DNA of 64,000 nucleotides from Nitrospirota bacterium (lineage in GTDB: Bacteria; Nitrospirota; UBA9217), in contig CAWJQQ010000009.1 of assembly GCA_963845065.1 (NCBI GenBank), positions 1,233,631 to 1,297,630 on the forward strand. Reading direction: 5' to 3'. Below, piece after piece: positions 10,446-21,350 of the stretch. The notes beneath the pieces were generated by a model. It had not been told where the DNA came from, made no database searches, and saw only the letters and a program-made list of their open reading frames with translations. The translations under genes and the position numbers were made by a program. Position 1 is the first letter of the stretch. Each line of letters begins with the position of its first letter.

Positions 10446-12173
10446 CTACATATCCGCAAGTTCTTTGATATGGGGGCCAAGCACCATGTCCTTGTACCCT
10501 TTACCCTGGGGGATCACCGGATAAACAGCTTCCTCTCGGTCAGTAACGACCTCGAGGAAGCAGGGACCCTGTGCCGCAAGAAACTCTTTAAGTGCGGGTT
10601 CCAGCTCTTCCCGTGAGCGGATCTTGCGGCACCATGTGAAGCCGCATTCCTTAGCTATATTGGAAAAGTTCGCGTCAAAGTTGCGTTCTGAGCCAGTGAA
10701 CTGCCGGTTGTAAAAAACCGCCTGGATGGACCTTACCATTCCGTCTGCATGGTTGTTCAGCATGATCACTTTAATGGGCAGGCACAACGAACCGATCGTA
10801 TGAATCTCCCCCATGTTCATTTTGATACTGCTGTCGCCATCAATGGCAATTACCTGAGCATGGGGATTGGCATAATGCACGCCTATTGAACTGGGCAATG
10901 AAAAGCCCATGGTGCCGAATGCCCCTGACGTTATGAATGACTTTGGCTGCGCCGTTTTAAGGTATTGGGCGGCAAGCATTTGGTGATTGCCCACTCCCGT
11001 GGTGATTTTGGTATCTTCGGTAATATGTCGTGACAGGAGATCCATGACCTCGGCCGCCTGTATCTCTTTTGCAGTGCGGTCGAAGTTGAGCGGATAATGC
11101 AGTTTGAGCCAAGCGGCCCGTTTCTGCCACTCGTCGATGCTGAGCGCTATATAGTTTTCCTTCGCATAGTCCACAAGGTCATCAAGAACAATGCTTGCGT
11201 CACCGATAAAGGAGAACTTGGGATATCTAGTGACCCTGACCTCTTGAACTTTTGCAGCATTTATATCGATATATGCAATCTCGGCGTTCAGCCCCGATTC
11301 TCCCACTTTCTGGACAACTCGGTCGTTCCACCGGACGCCGAAGGCAACGAACAGGTCCGTCTCCTGGATGGCCATGTTTGCATAGGGTGTGCCGAACATC
11401 CCAAGCATTCCCAGGGATGTGTCTAGAGACTCATCGAGGATGCCCTTGCCCATAAGGCTGTTGATCACTGGGATATTGAACATTCGGTTGAATTCACGAA
11501 TTCTGTCGCTGGCAGCGAGGGAGTTTAGACCTCCACCGATGTATAGCAGGGGGCGCTTCGATTTCTGCAGAAGGTCGAAGAATTGTTTACACTGGTTCCG
11601 GCCGAGGTGGGTCTCCTGGTCGTACTTATGCTTGTAGCGTTCGACGGCAGTCCCTTTGTAGACTCCCATTTTTCTCTGAGCGTCGAGGGGAAAGTCGATG
11701 ACCACAGGCCCGGGCTTGCCGGACTTGGCATAAAAGTAAGCGTCTTTGACCATCTCCTCGATATCGGTGTTATCTGTAACGAGAATTACTTTTTTCGCCG
11801 CTTTGTCAAAAACTTCCTTGACATTGATGTGTTGAAACTCATCGGTATCGAGCCGGCTCTGCTGTACCTGTCCCGCAAAAACGAGCAATGGCACCGAGTC
11901 GGCAAAGGAATCTGCCACAGCTGTAAGAGTGTTCGTAATGGCCGGGCCCGACGTGACAACAGCAATACCCAGGGCGCTGCTCGATCGCGAGTAACCTGCA
12001 GCGCTAAAGGCGCAAGACTGTTCGTTCGCGTTAATATTAATTGAAATGGAGCTTTGGCCGAGTGCGTGAAAGACAGGGAGGATCGTCGCTCCCGTATAGC
12101 CGAAGATCTGGGAAACTCCCAAGTCTTCAAGGCTCTTCACCATTATTTCAGCTCCTTTTATTTCCTGTGGCAT
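10446..12173 (-). CDS. Thiamine-diphosphate enzyme, acetolactate synthase large-subunit family
   Basis: TSGPAITN, SGKPGPVVID, GMFGTPYAN, TGVGNHQM, GAFGTMGF and GDSS...NN ThDP motif. Confidence 0.85.
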   Translation of the reverse strand: MPQEIKGAEIMVKSLEDLGVSQIFGYTGATILPVFHALGQSSISININANEQSCAFSAAGYSRSSSALGIAVVTSGPAITNTLTAVADSFADSVPLLVFAGQVQQSRLDTDEFQHINVKEVFDKAAKKVILVTDNTDIEEMVKDAYFYAKSGKPGPVVIDFPLDAQRKMGVYKGTAVERYKHKYDQETHLGRNQCKQFFDLLQKSKRPLLYIGGGLNSLAASDRIREFNRMFNIPVINSLMGKGILDESLDTSLGMLGMFGTPYANMAIQETDLFVAFGVRWNDRVVQKVGESGLNAEIAYIDINAAKVQEVRVTRYPKFSFIGDASIVLDDLVDYAKENYIALSIDEWQKRAAWLKLHYPLNFDRTAKEIQAAEVMDLLSRHITEDTKITTGVGNHQMLAAQYLKTAQPKSFITSGAFGTMGFSLPSSIGVHYANPHAQVIAIDGDSSIKMNMGEIHTIGSLCLPIKVIMLNNHADGMVRSIQAVFYNRQFTGSERNFDANFSNIAKECGFTWCRKIRSREELEPALKEFLAAQGPCFLEVVTDREEAVYPVIPQGKGYKDMVLGPHIKELADM

Positions 12174-12301
12174 ACTGTCCTCCGGCAGGTCTCAAAAGAA
12201 TTCTAATACGGGTTCAACCGCTTTACTTGATGATCCCAATGCTAAACTAAAGCATGTGGGGTTTCTCGTGCGGGGCTCATAAAACTAAAGATGGAGCAAT
12301 T

Positions 12302-14512
12302 TCACGTGCGATAAGGTAATACAAAGATCTCTTTGTCCTTTACGACTAAAAGAAGATGGTTTTTTCTAGCAAAATCAATAAGGACCCTGTTCCATGAAGC
12401 TTTTGTCGCAATGGTTGTTTTTTGGTCCACAATGGAATCAACCCTGATTGCATAGCCGTCTTGAGAAGCTGTTTTAGATATCCGACTCAGTATATCTGCA
12501 ATCTTATCCTTTTTTGCGATGATGGCGATTTTTTTACCTGGTAAGGTGACAAACGAAACAGGAAGAGAGCTGGTACTGGGGTCGGCCCCGCGCCCGAGCA
12601 GTAATTTTGCAATATCTACATCCCCTGTACTAGTTGCTTCAGTTAAAGCGGTAGAGCCATTGCTGTTTTTCGTATTGATGTCTACACCTTTCCCCAGAAG
12701 CACTTTGACGATGTCTATGTTGCCTTTCCGGGCTGCACACATAAGAGAAGTATTTCCGTCGGGTAACGCCATGCTGATATTTGCACCTTTTTCAATAAGA
12801 AGTGTGACCAACCAAGGATATCCATTGCACGCAGCAATCAGCAGAGGGAAATTTCCATTCTGGTCAGTAGCATTTACATCAGCGCCGTGCTCTATAAGCT
12901 CTTTAGCTGCTCCTGTGTGTCCATGATCTGTCGCGAAAAAAAGGGGGAACCGTCCTGCAGAATTTCGACCTTTTACATCAGCCCCCTTTTGTATAAGGTA
13001 TTGTAGTATTCTCAAATGTTTTTCATTGAAGTCCGGGATATCTACTGCCGCTTGGAGTGCCGAGGCGGCGCCATCAGTGGACTTAATAGTATAATTAACA
13101 TCTGCACCGCTTTCAACGAGCATTCTTGCAGCCTGCTCATGGCCACTTCGTATTGCCATCATCAATGCTGTATTCCCGCTTTTATCGCATTGATTCAATG
13201 AGGAACCCCGTAGTTTGACAAGTTCCTCGATAATGTTTACAAGTCCTTTTTCGGACGCAATAATAAGGGCGGTTTGCCCCTTATCATTAGCAGAGTTCTG
13301 ATTGATTCCCGCCTTGATGAATAAATCAACAGCTTCCTCATTATTTTTCGACACTTCAGCAAGAAAAGCTTGTTCGGTAAACGGGATACCTCTGTGCTCT
13401 AACTTCTTGGTAAGATACAATTTCAAAAGAGGATCTCTATAGATGAATGCAATGCCGGAGAAGATCAAAATGACGAGAGCTACTATGGCAAATGTGACTA
13501 GTGTTCGATTGCCCATGACTTCAAATGCAGTCGTTTTTACATCATTATTTTCGAGTGCTAACGTATTATAAGTTTCTTCATCCATAGAAGGAAGGTTACC
13601 TTCATGCGCTGAAGCAACATCGACAGTCTGGGTTGCGGCCTTTTCTTCGTCTGGAATGGGCTGATCTATTTTCTCGTCCAAAATTGGCTCTCCTGCTTTT
13701 CTTTTCGACCGAAGTGTATGGATATCCAGCTCCGGTAATGGTCCAAAATGGTCAAGATATTTACGTATGGATGTTTCTAAGTAATAATAGGCAAGATCCA
13801 TCAACAGCCCGATGGCGATGCCGATCAAAGCAGATAGTATGACAACATCGAGTAAATAACCCAAGAGAAGTCCGCTCCCGCCGAGTGCAAGGGGAGGCAG
13901 CCATAAGAGCTTGGAATATATTGTCAACTTTTCATACAATTTTTGTCGTTTATAGGGTTTCCCTTGCGACGAGTTCAGAAAATTATCCCATTCTTGAGCG
14001 TCAATGCTAAGTTTGTGCTGGTATTTTTTTATGACTCGGGCAATTTCACGATGTCCTTTTTCTTCAGCGAGATTTAGGGCAGTCTTCCCTGACTTGTTTT
14101 TTGCTTCAACGTCGATCCCTGATTGCATCAGGAGGTCGACGATGGCTGTCTCTTCTTGATCGAACACCGCTTTATGCAATGCCGTCCAGCCGTCATCAGA
14201 TTTTTCATTTATGTTCGTGCCTGCTTGCAAGATCGTCTCTGCAATCTCTGTGTAACCTTTTGACGAGGCAATCATCAACGGCGTAACTCCTTCGCGGATC
14301 AGATTTACATTAAGACCCTCATCAATTAGTTTTTTTACCGCTTCGAGATTCCTATTCTGGATGGCTTCCAGAAGGAGCGGCCATTTCTTTGCCGTCGGCG
14401 AGGAATAGTCAACATGGACTTTTGCCTTAGGTTTCGGCCGGGCTTTTTTATCCTCCTTTTTAATCTTTTTCTGATATCCTTTTGCTCGGCTGGGTACTTT
14501 ATTTTCATCCAT
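12302..14512 (-). CDS. Membrane-anchored ankyrin-repeat protein with a C-terminal STN/secretin-N0-like domain
   Basis: Two ankyrin blocks (GxTPLMxA, GxTALHxA) separated by three hydrophobic helices; ATG 14512 follows AAGGAG. Confidence 0.8.
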   Translation of the reverse strand: MDENKVPSRAKGYQKKIKKEDKKARPKPKAKVHVDYSSPTAKKWPLLLEAIQNRNLEAVKKLIDEGLNVNLIREGVTPLMIASSKGYTEIAETILQAGTNINEKSDDGWTALHKAVFDQEETAIVDLLMQSGIDVEAKNKSGKTALNLAEEKGHREIARVIKKYQHKLSIDAQEWDNFLNSSQGKPYKRQKLYEKLTIYSKLLWLPPLALGGSGLLLGYLLDVVILSALIGIAIGLLMDLAYYYLETSIRKYLDHFGPLPELDIHTLRSKRKAGEPILDEKIDQPIPDEEKAATQTVDVASAHEGNLPSMDEETYNTLALENNDVKTTAFEVMGNRTLVTFAIVALVILIFSGIAFIYRDPLLKLYLTKKLEHRGIPFTEQAFLAEVSKNNEEAVDLFIKAGINQNSANDKGQTALIIASEKGLVNIIEELVKLRGSSLNQCDKSGNTALMMAIRSGHEQAARMLVESGADVNYTIKSTDGAASALQAAVDIPDFNEKHLRILQYLIQKGADVKGRNSAGRFPLFFATDHGHTGAAKELIEHGADVNATDQNGNFPLLIAACNGYPWLVTLLIEKGANISMALPDGNTSLMCAARKGNIDIVKVLLGKGVDINTKNSNGSTALTEATSTGDVDIAKLLLGRGADPSTSSLPVSFVTLPGKKIAIIAKKDKIADILSRISKTASQDGYAIRVDSIVDQKTTIATKASWNRVLIDFARKNHLLLVVKDKEIFVLPYRT

Positions 14513-15065
14513 TGAAGTAACTCCTTGCAATTCCTGTAACGATAATTTAGTCAAGTATAGCATGAACGACTTATATCATCAAGAATCTCTTGGCTCAATA
14601 CAAAAAATTACCATTCGCCCCTTGACATGCTCAGGTCGAACAGGGGGGTTGCAGCTAGACTATAAGAGCTCTAAAATTGTTTGTCATTATTCTACCGTCG
14701 AGAGCTGGTCGAACTCAAAAGTATTTTTAACAGATGCGGGAACTCCAGAAAATCAGGATAGCTGCAATAGAGAGACTCGGTCATTTAAGGTGGTACTTAA
14801 GATAATAGGGCCGGAAACTTCAAAAGTTTTAGCAGTGGGGGTGCGGCAAGATTATAATTTATTTTGGTCTAAGAAATCATTGAGAGGGTGTACTTGAGGT
14901 ATGATGAAGCCTTGATTCTCTTAAGGGTGGCTTGTGGTCAATCTCCGGCCTTGAGCCACGACCACCTCCATAATTTATGGTTTTCTTTTTCCAGAGCGCT
15001 ATCCTTGCAAACCAGAGGACTCGAAAAAGCGAAATAGAGAATGTAGTATAGCAGGTGAGTATCAT

Positions 15066-15266
15066 TTATCTCATTTGATGCAGTAACCAGTCAATACACT
15101 CCCCTTCCATGATTTCACCGAATATATTCCTGGTGCTGACAATTTCGGATTGCAGCGTTTTTTTACGATCTATGAAGCCCAGGATATGACCTTCATGGAA
15201 TATTTGAATACTTTGTTTCCACTCTCCCTGTTTTATTACTTGGAATTTCCCATAAACTTTTAACAT
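15066..15266 (-). CDS. Small hypothetical protein
   Basis: 66-aa ORF with strong SD AGGAGG; no recognisable motif. Confidence 0.4.
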   Translation of the reverse strand: MLKVYGKFQVIKQGEWKQSIQIFHEGHILGFIDRKKTLQSEIVSTRNIFGEIMEGECIDWLLHQMR

Positions 15267-16091
15267 ATTGACCTCCTGTCGACGTTCAGTTAGTAATCTT
15301 ATCGGCAGGTTGTTGCATTTCTTTAGTTACGGTTTTCGCGGAATTCGGTACATGCAAAAAGCACCAAACAAACTGGTCATTCTGTTATATCCACTATTTA
15401 TGTTCGGAATATTTTAGAAGCGCCGCTTCTTACGGAGCTATGGCTGAATTTAAAAAACATCATTTTTTACATGTTTCCCAACGTCTAGTTGAGAACATCA
15501 TTTAACACTAAGAAAAAATGAGCATTTCTTCTCAAATACAACTTTTCTATTTAAGATTTTTTCTGTCGATAGGCCATACTTCCGTATTCCAGCGGACCGT
15601 TTATCATAAATACCAGCAGAACCGTCTTTGCTCAACTCATGCATTTTGTTACATCGTTCCATTTTCATCAATACGTCGATGATTACAATGGCACCTACAA
15701 TGTGAAATCGTTCTCATGCCTCGACCAGTCTCTCTGTATGGCTTTCGCGCACCCCACGTATCGGGAAAGTCTTTTGAGATATCGAAACTGGCCTGATTTG
15801 CGCAAAACCAAAACTCTATCACATGGGTGTCCGTGGCAAAGTTTCCCGAAACACTCTGGTCCATGCCAACGATACTCGCGAATGGAGAATCCATGCCGGC
15901 TTTGCTCACATGCTGATCGAAACAGCTAGGCAGTTATACACGGGCGAAGACTTCGGCTAGGAACTGGATCAGACTGCTTAGCCTTCGATTCAACGACTAT
16001 CGATCTCTGCCTTTCGTCATATCCGTGGGCGACCATCAAACTCATCTTGCCTGCACGGATTAAAGCATTTAACGGCACTACCGAGAATGCG

Positions 16092-17744
16092 CTGACCACT
16101 CCCCATGACTAAAGTCAGGGGGTTCTGACGGCTGTATCAACAGGCTCTCCGGCAACAGAGATTATATTGCCGGCCTCGACTGTCGTTGATCCGCCTTTAA
16201 CGTGCGAGCAGTTCTGTCTCCGGTTTACACCGAAGCTGGCCGGATGAATTCGACCGCTCACTGCTTGCTGTTTCACTCTCGACACCGCACGCTCCAAGAG
16301 CAGGTTTGCACCCGTCCAGGCTTTGGCAGCCTGACGCGTGTCGAGGACATCGTTGAATACATGTTTTGCAAGGAATGCGGAGTAGAGATCGCGTTGAGTG
16401 TTTACCCCACAACTGCAGTCATGCCATCTTTGGGATAGCGGTTTTTTGGCTAGTGTTCCGCAATGGCACTTTTGAGAAAGCTTTGTGCTCCGGGTAGAAA
16501 ACTCAGTTACTTTACCGCCAGCGTTTTCGGCTTTGCAGCGAAGCATCGAAATAAACATCCCCGGAGCGCGTCGTGAAATGCTTTTACCATAGAGTTTCTG
16601 GAATGCTATGTATGACAGTTTTTCGGTCTTTATGTCGATCCCGAGAGTGATAACTTTGTTCACAAGCTTGCCATGAGACCGTTTTCTGGTTTCAGCGAGA
16701 ACTCTTTGGAGATCGGACAACTCAGCTTTAAGAGCACGGTATTGGGTGGAAAAGATCCACTGCTTTTTGCCAGCCTTAATCGTACCATCATCGTTGTAGT
16801 TGTTCGGGTTGGTAGCTCTCAGGCTTCTGGCCATCTTGCGCTGAACGGTTTTGATACGTTTATACGGGATCTCGACTTCTGGGCAGAACTCGAGAAGCAA
16901 AGCATCAGTATCGCCAACAATGGCTGCCGTAGACGGACCGATATCAAGACCTACAGTTTCGGTGCCAATCTGGTTCTCACGCTTAATCTTGGCCGTGCCT
17001 TTAAGCACGAGTTGAGCGAACCATCGAGTATTGCCGCGAATGGTCTTCTTGGCCAGACGAACGTACTTGACGTCGTGGCTCAGAGCATGGGCTTGGACTC
17101 CGAACTTGTCTTTTGAATCAAAGAAACAACGGAGGCTAAGGCCAGTCCACTCAACATGGTCATCGCACCACCTGATACCAGACTTGTTGTTTTTGCCTTC
17201 GAGCGAAGACATCCAGCCGCGACGCTTAAAACGAGGTTTGCCATGCTTCCCAAACTCGTAGTCGGAGACGGCGCTATATGCTCGAGACGCTATTTTCTGG
17301 GCGGTCAGGCTGTCAATATGGTCTCCGGATCCAGCAGGAATTACGGAGAATGCCAACGTAGTTATGAAGGTGGTATTCGGTATATTCAGCCTGGGTTCTG
17401 GCTGTTTTAAACATCTTAGTGCGAAGCTTGCTTTTCTTCATCTTGATCGCTACGAGCCATTTCGGGGATCGGCGCATGGCAGCAAGACGCTTCATTGTTT
17501 CACCAAGGCAGGCATTGTACAGATAACGGCCAGCTTCGAGCCGGACATTAAGCATTAGATTGTCTTTTGGGGTTGTTACGAGTTGAAACTCGTGGATAAA
17601 AGATGGGGTTTTAGGTTTACGTTTACGAGACATTGGTTGCTCAAATATACCACATAGATGTACATGTGGCTAGCAATTGCTGAAAATCAAAGTTTCCGCA
17701 TTCATCCCCATGGTTAAAACCAGGGGCTTTTTGCGGATAGGTTG
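16092..17744 (-). mobile_element. IS200/IS605-family tnpB-only element (IS1341-like)
   Basis: Removing 16092-17744 restores IS4 codons ENA|VKTQ with no TSD; LE hairpin AAAG-CCCCTGG..CATGGGG follows target TTTAC; RE GAAC-CCCCTGAC..GTCATGGGG..TCAG. Confidence 0.9.
16115..17633 (-). pseudogene. tnpB: TnpB RNA-guided nuclease with one +1 frameshift
   Basis: ORFs 17313-17633 and 16115-17356 join (SCWI/GDHID) if one base near 17327 is removed; RuvC motifs VGLDIG, KTEKL and QRDLYSA and Zn finger CHCG..CSCG are intact. Confidence 0.85.
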
Positions 17745-18208
17745 GTAAAGACTCAAATCTGGATCGCCATCTCCATATACATTTTCGTGGCCATTGTCAA
17801 GAAGCAGTTGAAGCTCGATCGGAGCCCTCTACGCAATTTTATAAATTTCGAGTGACTCTCTAAGAGAAAACACCCATATTATGGGCGCCGTCAACTGATT
17901 ACGAAGATTAAGCCTTCGCTGATGATAACTAATTGAATTTCCAGCTATAATGTTGGGACATTTGTGATTATAATTTGCAATCTTAAAAGTGATTGTTTTC
18001 CAGGAGAGAATCGAATCTTTATGGTCTCGAAGGCAAACCTAATTTATGAGGCGTTTCCTCATCAAGGCGTAAAGCAGTCAACCAACTTTACAATTGACAG
18101 CATTACTCACCTGATAAGAAAGCCGCAAGGGTGAAGAAAAAGTACACACTTTACTTATTTAAGATAAAAGCACTTACGCCGGAACACTTCCCTTTATTAT
18201 CATGCCAC

Positions 18209-18460
18209 TTATGATTCGACTGCGCATAAGTCATTATCACCAAACTGACAATCGTCGGGTAGAACGGTTTGCTCACCATGACCGCCAATCGTTTTTTTGA
18301 TCAGCTGTAATGTGCCCTCTTCAGCATGCAGGATTTCCGGAAGCTCAGCTTCGATCTTGGGGGACACTTGCTCATCATCCTTAAATGCTCTTACCTCATA
18401 GGCTTCAGTCAGCGTGACCCTTTCCCTGCGAACTTTCGTTTTTTTTGTGAGCGCTTTCAT
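18209..18460 (-). CDS. Hypothetical protein
   Basis: 83-aa ORF preceded by SD AGGGAGG; divergent from the lytic transglycosylase. Confidence 0.5.
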   Translation of the reverse strand: MKALTKKTKVRRERVTLTEAYEVRAFKDDEQVSPKIEAELPEILHAEEGTLQLIKKTIGGHGEQTVLPDDCQFGDNDLCAVES

Positions 18461-18754
18461 TTCCGTCGCCTCCCTTTTTTATAATACCTCTATTTATAGT
18501 ATAGCATCACAAAACTACAGTATTAGAAATTAGATAATAATTAATCATACTTTAGTCCGCTTGACATCATAAAGTTTTATGAGTTAATTAAAGTATTAGA
18601 ATAAATCGGCGTCTTTTGTCGATATGCTTATTTCAGTACGCAACAGGGGAGGATATTCGAAAAATATTTTGGCAACAGAACAATTCAAAGTTGGCCATTT
18701 TCAGTAAGTAAAAATATTTTTCGAGCCGGCAGAGCGGCCCTGTTACCTGGAGAT

Positions 18755-19978
18755 ATGCAATTCAAGAGGAGACAGGACGTGATTAAATTGATTTTCAATA
18801 TTTTGATATTGGGCATGCTATCATTACCGGCGGTGCTTCAGGCTCGAGGCAAGACCCTTCCAGGCGGCAGTGACCTATCGCTGAATAGTCCAGACGGGGA
18901 TATACAGGTACAGACCAAACCTTCCGAGCCTTCTCCTCCTCTCGTCGACGCGGTTTATTTTGCCGAACATTTGTTCGAATCCTCCAATGTTCCCGTTCTC
19001 GCTGATGCACGCGTGGCAGCACAAATCGGGTATTTTAGAACAACGGGTAAGCCAAGTTTCCAGAACTGGCTCGACCACTCCTCACGGTTTATCCCCCTCA
19101 TGAAGGAAATATTCCGCAAGAATGAACTGCCGGAGGATCTAGTTTATGTGGCGATGATAGAAAGTGGGTTGCGTATGAACGCCGTATCGCGATCCCAAGC
19201 CGTGGGGCCATGGCAATTTATGTCAATCACTGCCAAAACATACGGTCTCAAGATTGATAGATGGATCGATGAAAGGCGTGACCCCGTGAAATCCACCCAG
19301 GCAGCGGCAGCATACTTGCGAGACCTTTACAGACACTTTGGATCATGGCGTCTTGCCTTGGCGTCGTATAACGCCGGTGAGGGAAGAATCTCTCGCGCAC
19401 TCTTCCTTTCTCAGGACAACGACCTGCCTGATCTGTATGAGTCCACGATTCTGCGTCGGGAAACGCGAAACTACGTGCCTAGGCTCTTGGCAGCCATCAT
19501 GATAGCGCGGGACCCCGAAATGTACGGTTTCGTGGTGAAGAACGGAAGAGCTTTCAGTTATGATGAAGTGTTGATCGACGAAAGTACTGACCTCGATGAC
19601 ATTGCCGCATTGGTCGGATGCACCTATGAGGACCTCAAGGACTTAAACCCGGAGCTGAAAACCAGGATGTCTCCTCCCTATGTCAATCCGTATGTCCTGA
19701 GACTTCCGGCAGGCACGAAAGAGAGCTATCGTGCGGCCAGGAAAATGCTGTTCCACTACGTTTCACTTATTACGCCGCGTTTTGATGCCGCATATGATCC
19801 ACTTTACGGCGGATGGCCTCATGAGTATGCCGTACTGAGAAAGAGGTATCAGTCGCGTTCGGCATCCCGGATTCACTGGATACCTTTGCCGAAACAGCAA
19901 ACCCCTGAACTGGTCCGGTTGCCCAAAGTCGCTACATCTCTCGATTCCCCCAATCTTCATTCAATCCATCGTATTTGA
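18755..19978 (+). CDS. MltD-like lytic transglycosylase
   Basis: Signal-like N-terminus; VAMIESG (catalytic Glu), AVGPWQFM, DERRDP, LASYNAGEG, ETRNYVP; LysM-like LKDLNPEL. Confidence 0.9.
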   Translation: MQFKRRQDVIKLIFNILILGMLSLPAVLQARGKTLPGGSDLSLNSPDGDIQVQTKPSEPSPPLVDAVYFAEHLFESSNVPVLADARVAAQIGYFRTTGKPSFQNWLDHSSRFIPLMKEIFRKNELPEDLVYVAMIESGLRMNAVSRSQAVGPWQFMSITAKTYGLKIDRWIDERRDPVKSTQAAAAYLRDLYRHFGSWRLALASYNAGEGRISRALFLSQDNDLPDLYESTILRRETRNYVPRLLAAIMIARDPEMYGFVVKNGRAFSYDEVLIDESTDLDDIAALVGCTYEDLKDLNPELKTRMSPPYVNPYVLRLPAGTKESYRAARKMLFHYVSLITPRFDAAYDPLYGGWPHEYAVLRKRYQSRSASRIHWIPLPKQQTPELVRLPKVATSLDSPNLHSIHRI

Positions 19979-20150
19979 GTACTGGTCCCCGAGAAGTTGG
20001 ATTGAGAAACAACGATGTTGACAGAGAGGTGGTTTGGAACATGCCCCAGCAAGATCATGATGGTTCAGCGCGTTCTTAACCTTTTTTTCTGTATCCTGAT
20101 TTTCCCCTAATCGTTCCGAAGAAAGGGAGTTTGAACAGCGGGGGGTACAG

Positions 20151-21245
20151 CTATTTCCTTTTATAAAAAGGCAGGTCCACAATTTTTGCGGCTATTTCGC
20201 GGTCGCGAACCTCGATTTCAATTTCCTGGCCGGGCTGTGAATAGCGGGTGACAATATAGCCAAGTCCTATTCCTTTGCGAAGATGGGGCGAGAAACAGCC
20301 GCTGGTAACTATGCCAACTTCCCGATTTTCCGAAAAGATGCTCCCCCCACTCCTCGGTATTCCCGTGTCTAGTAGATAAAATCCGGCAAGCTTCTGCTTG
20401 ACGCCTTCTGCCTTTAACCTGAGCAGCTCTTCCTTTCCGATAAAAATTTTATTAAAATCAACAAAGTAAGAGAGCCCTGCCTCAAGAGGAGTGCGGGTTT
20501 CATCAAGCTCGCTTCCATACAAAAGATGACCCATCTCCAACCGTAAGATGTCCCTGCTTGCGAAACCGCAAGGAAGAAGTCCATACTCGCTGCCTACGTT
20601 CATGATTCCGTCCCAGAGCGATTCGGCGCGGTCTGCCGGTGCGATGAATTCATATCCGTGCTCCCCGGTATAGCCTGTACGGGACATGATTACTGGCGAG
20701 TTCGCAAACGAAAATTCCCGAACAGACCTGGGCTTCATTTTTTTGAAATGATGCTCCGTCAGTTTTTCGAGGATTGGGAGCGAGCGCGGGCCCTGCAAAG
20801 ACAGATGAACCGTAAAGAGCGTTCTGTTAGTTATTTCTATGGTGTTCGACGCACGCTGCTTTAGCCAGAGCAGAATTTTATCGGTATTGGCAGCGTTCGT
20901 AGAGAGGAGATAACGGTCCGGATTCGCTTTCTCGGAAGGGAGACGAGTTACCAAAACCTCATCAAGGATGCAACCAGCCTCGTTGCAGATAAGGCTGTAG
21001 TGAGCAAAACCTTCCGCGAGCCTACTCATGTCCCAAGTAACAACGCTTTGGAGTAGGGCAGTTGCACCGGGGCCGCACACTTCAATCCTGCCCAGATAAC
21101 TGATATCGAAAAGGCCGGCAGCGGTGCGCACAGCTCGATATTCTTCCTGTATATCGGAGAACTGGAGGGGGATCTGCCATCCTGCGAAGTCCGTCATCTT
21201 AGCATTAAAGAGCTCATGTTTCCGGTAGAGAACGGTCTGCTTCAT
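20151..21245 (-). CDS. gcvT: GcvT-family aminomethyltransferase
   Basis: FAGWQIP, EYRAVR..AGLFD, SRTGYTGEHGYE, RDILRLEMG, VTSGCFSP, LPFY. Confidence 0.8.
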   Translation of the reverse strand: MKQTVLYRKHELFNAKMTDFAGWQIPLQFSDIQEEYRAVRTAAGLFDISYLGRIEVCGPGATALLQSVVTWDMSRLAEGFAHYSLICNEAGCILDEVLVTRLPSEKANPDRYLLSTNAANTDKILLWLKQRASNTIEITNRTLFTVHLSLQGPRSLPILEKLTEHHFKKMKPRSVREFSFANSPVIMSRTGYTGEHGYEFIAPADRAESLWDGIMNVGSEYGLLPCGFASRDILRLEMGHLLYGSELDETRTPLEAGLSYFVDFNKIFIGKEELLRLKAEGVKQKLAGFYLLDTGIPRSGGSIFSENREVGIVTSGCFSPHLRKGIGLGYIVTRYSQPGQEIEIEVRDREIAAKIVDLPFYKRK

Positions 21246-21350
21246 TCAGCCCTCCGCGTCGCGATGCGAGTACAGAGTAATTGAGCACCAATTGAGAACT
21301 CACAGTTGCTGTTGCGATGACTGCTTTAGCGGGCTACGAATGACGGCGCC

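Larger units (their letters stand above)
15468..17966 (+). pseudogene. Decayed IS4-family (DUF4372-type) transposase element, split by a tnpB element
   Basis: Fragments VKSFSCLDQ..CMAFA..TYRESL, KLYHMGVRGKVSRNTL..AN, FDSTTIDLCLSSYPWA; then, after a large deletion, RIKAFNGTTENA|VKTQIWIAIS; frameshifts; degenerate TIRs near 15468 and 17966. Confidence 0.85.

Noticed and set aside
17313..17356. Programmed frameshift in tnpB
   Set aside because: No slippery sequence, and the sister gene is continuous
18028..18080. c-di-GMP-I riboswitch (GGCAAAC..GCGTAAAGC)
   Set aside because: The GNRA-capped first stem and a credible second stem are missing, and the spacing is wrong
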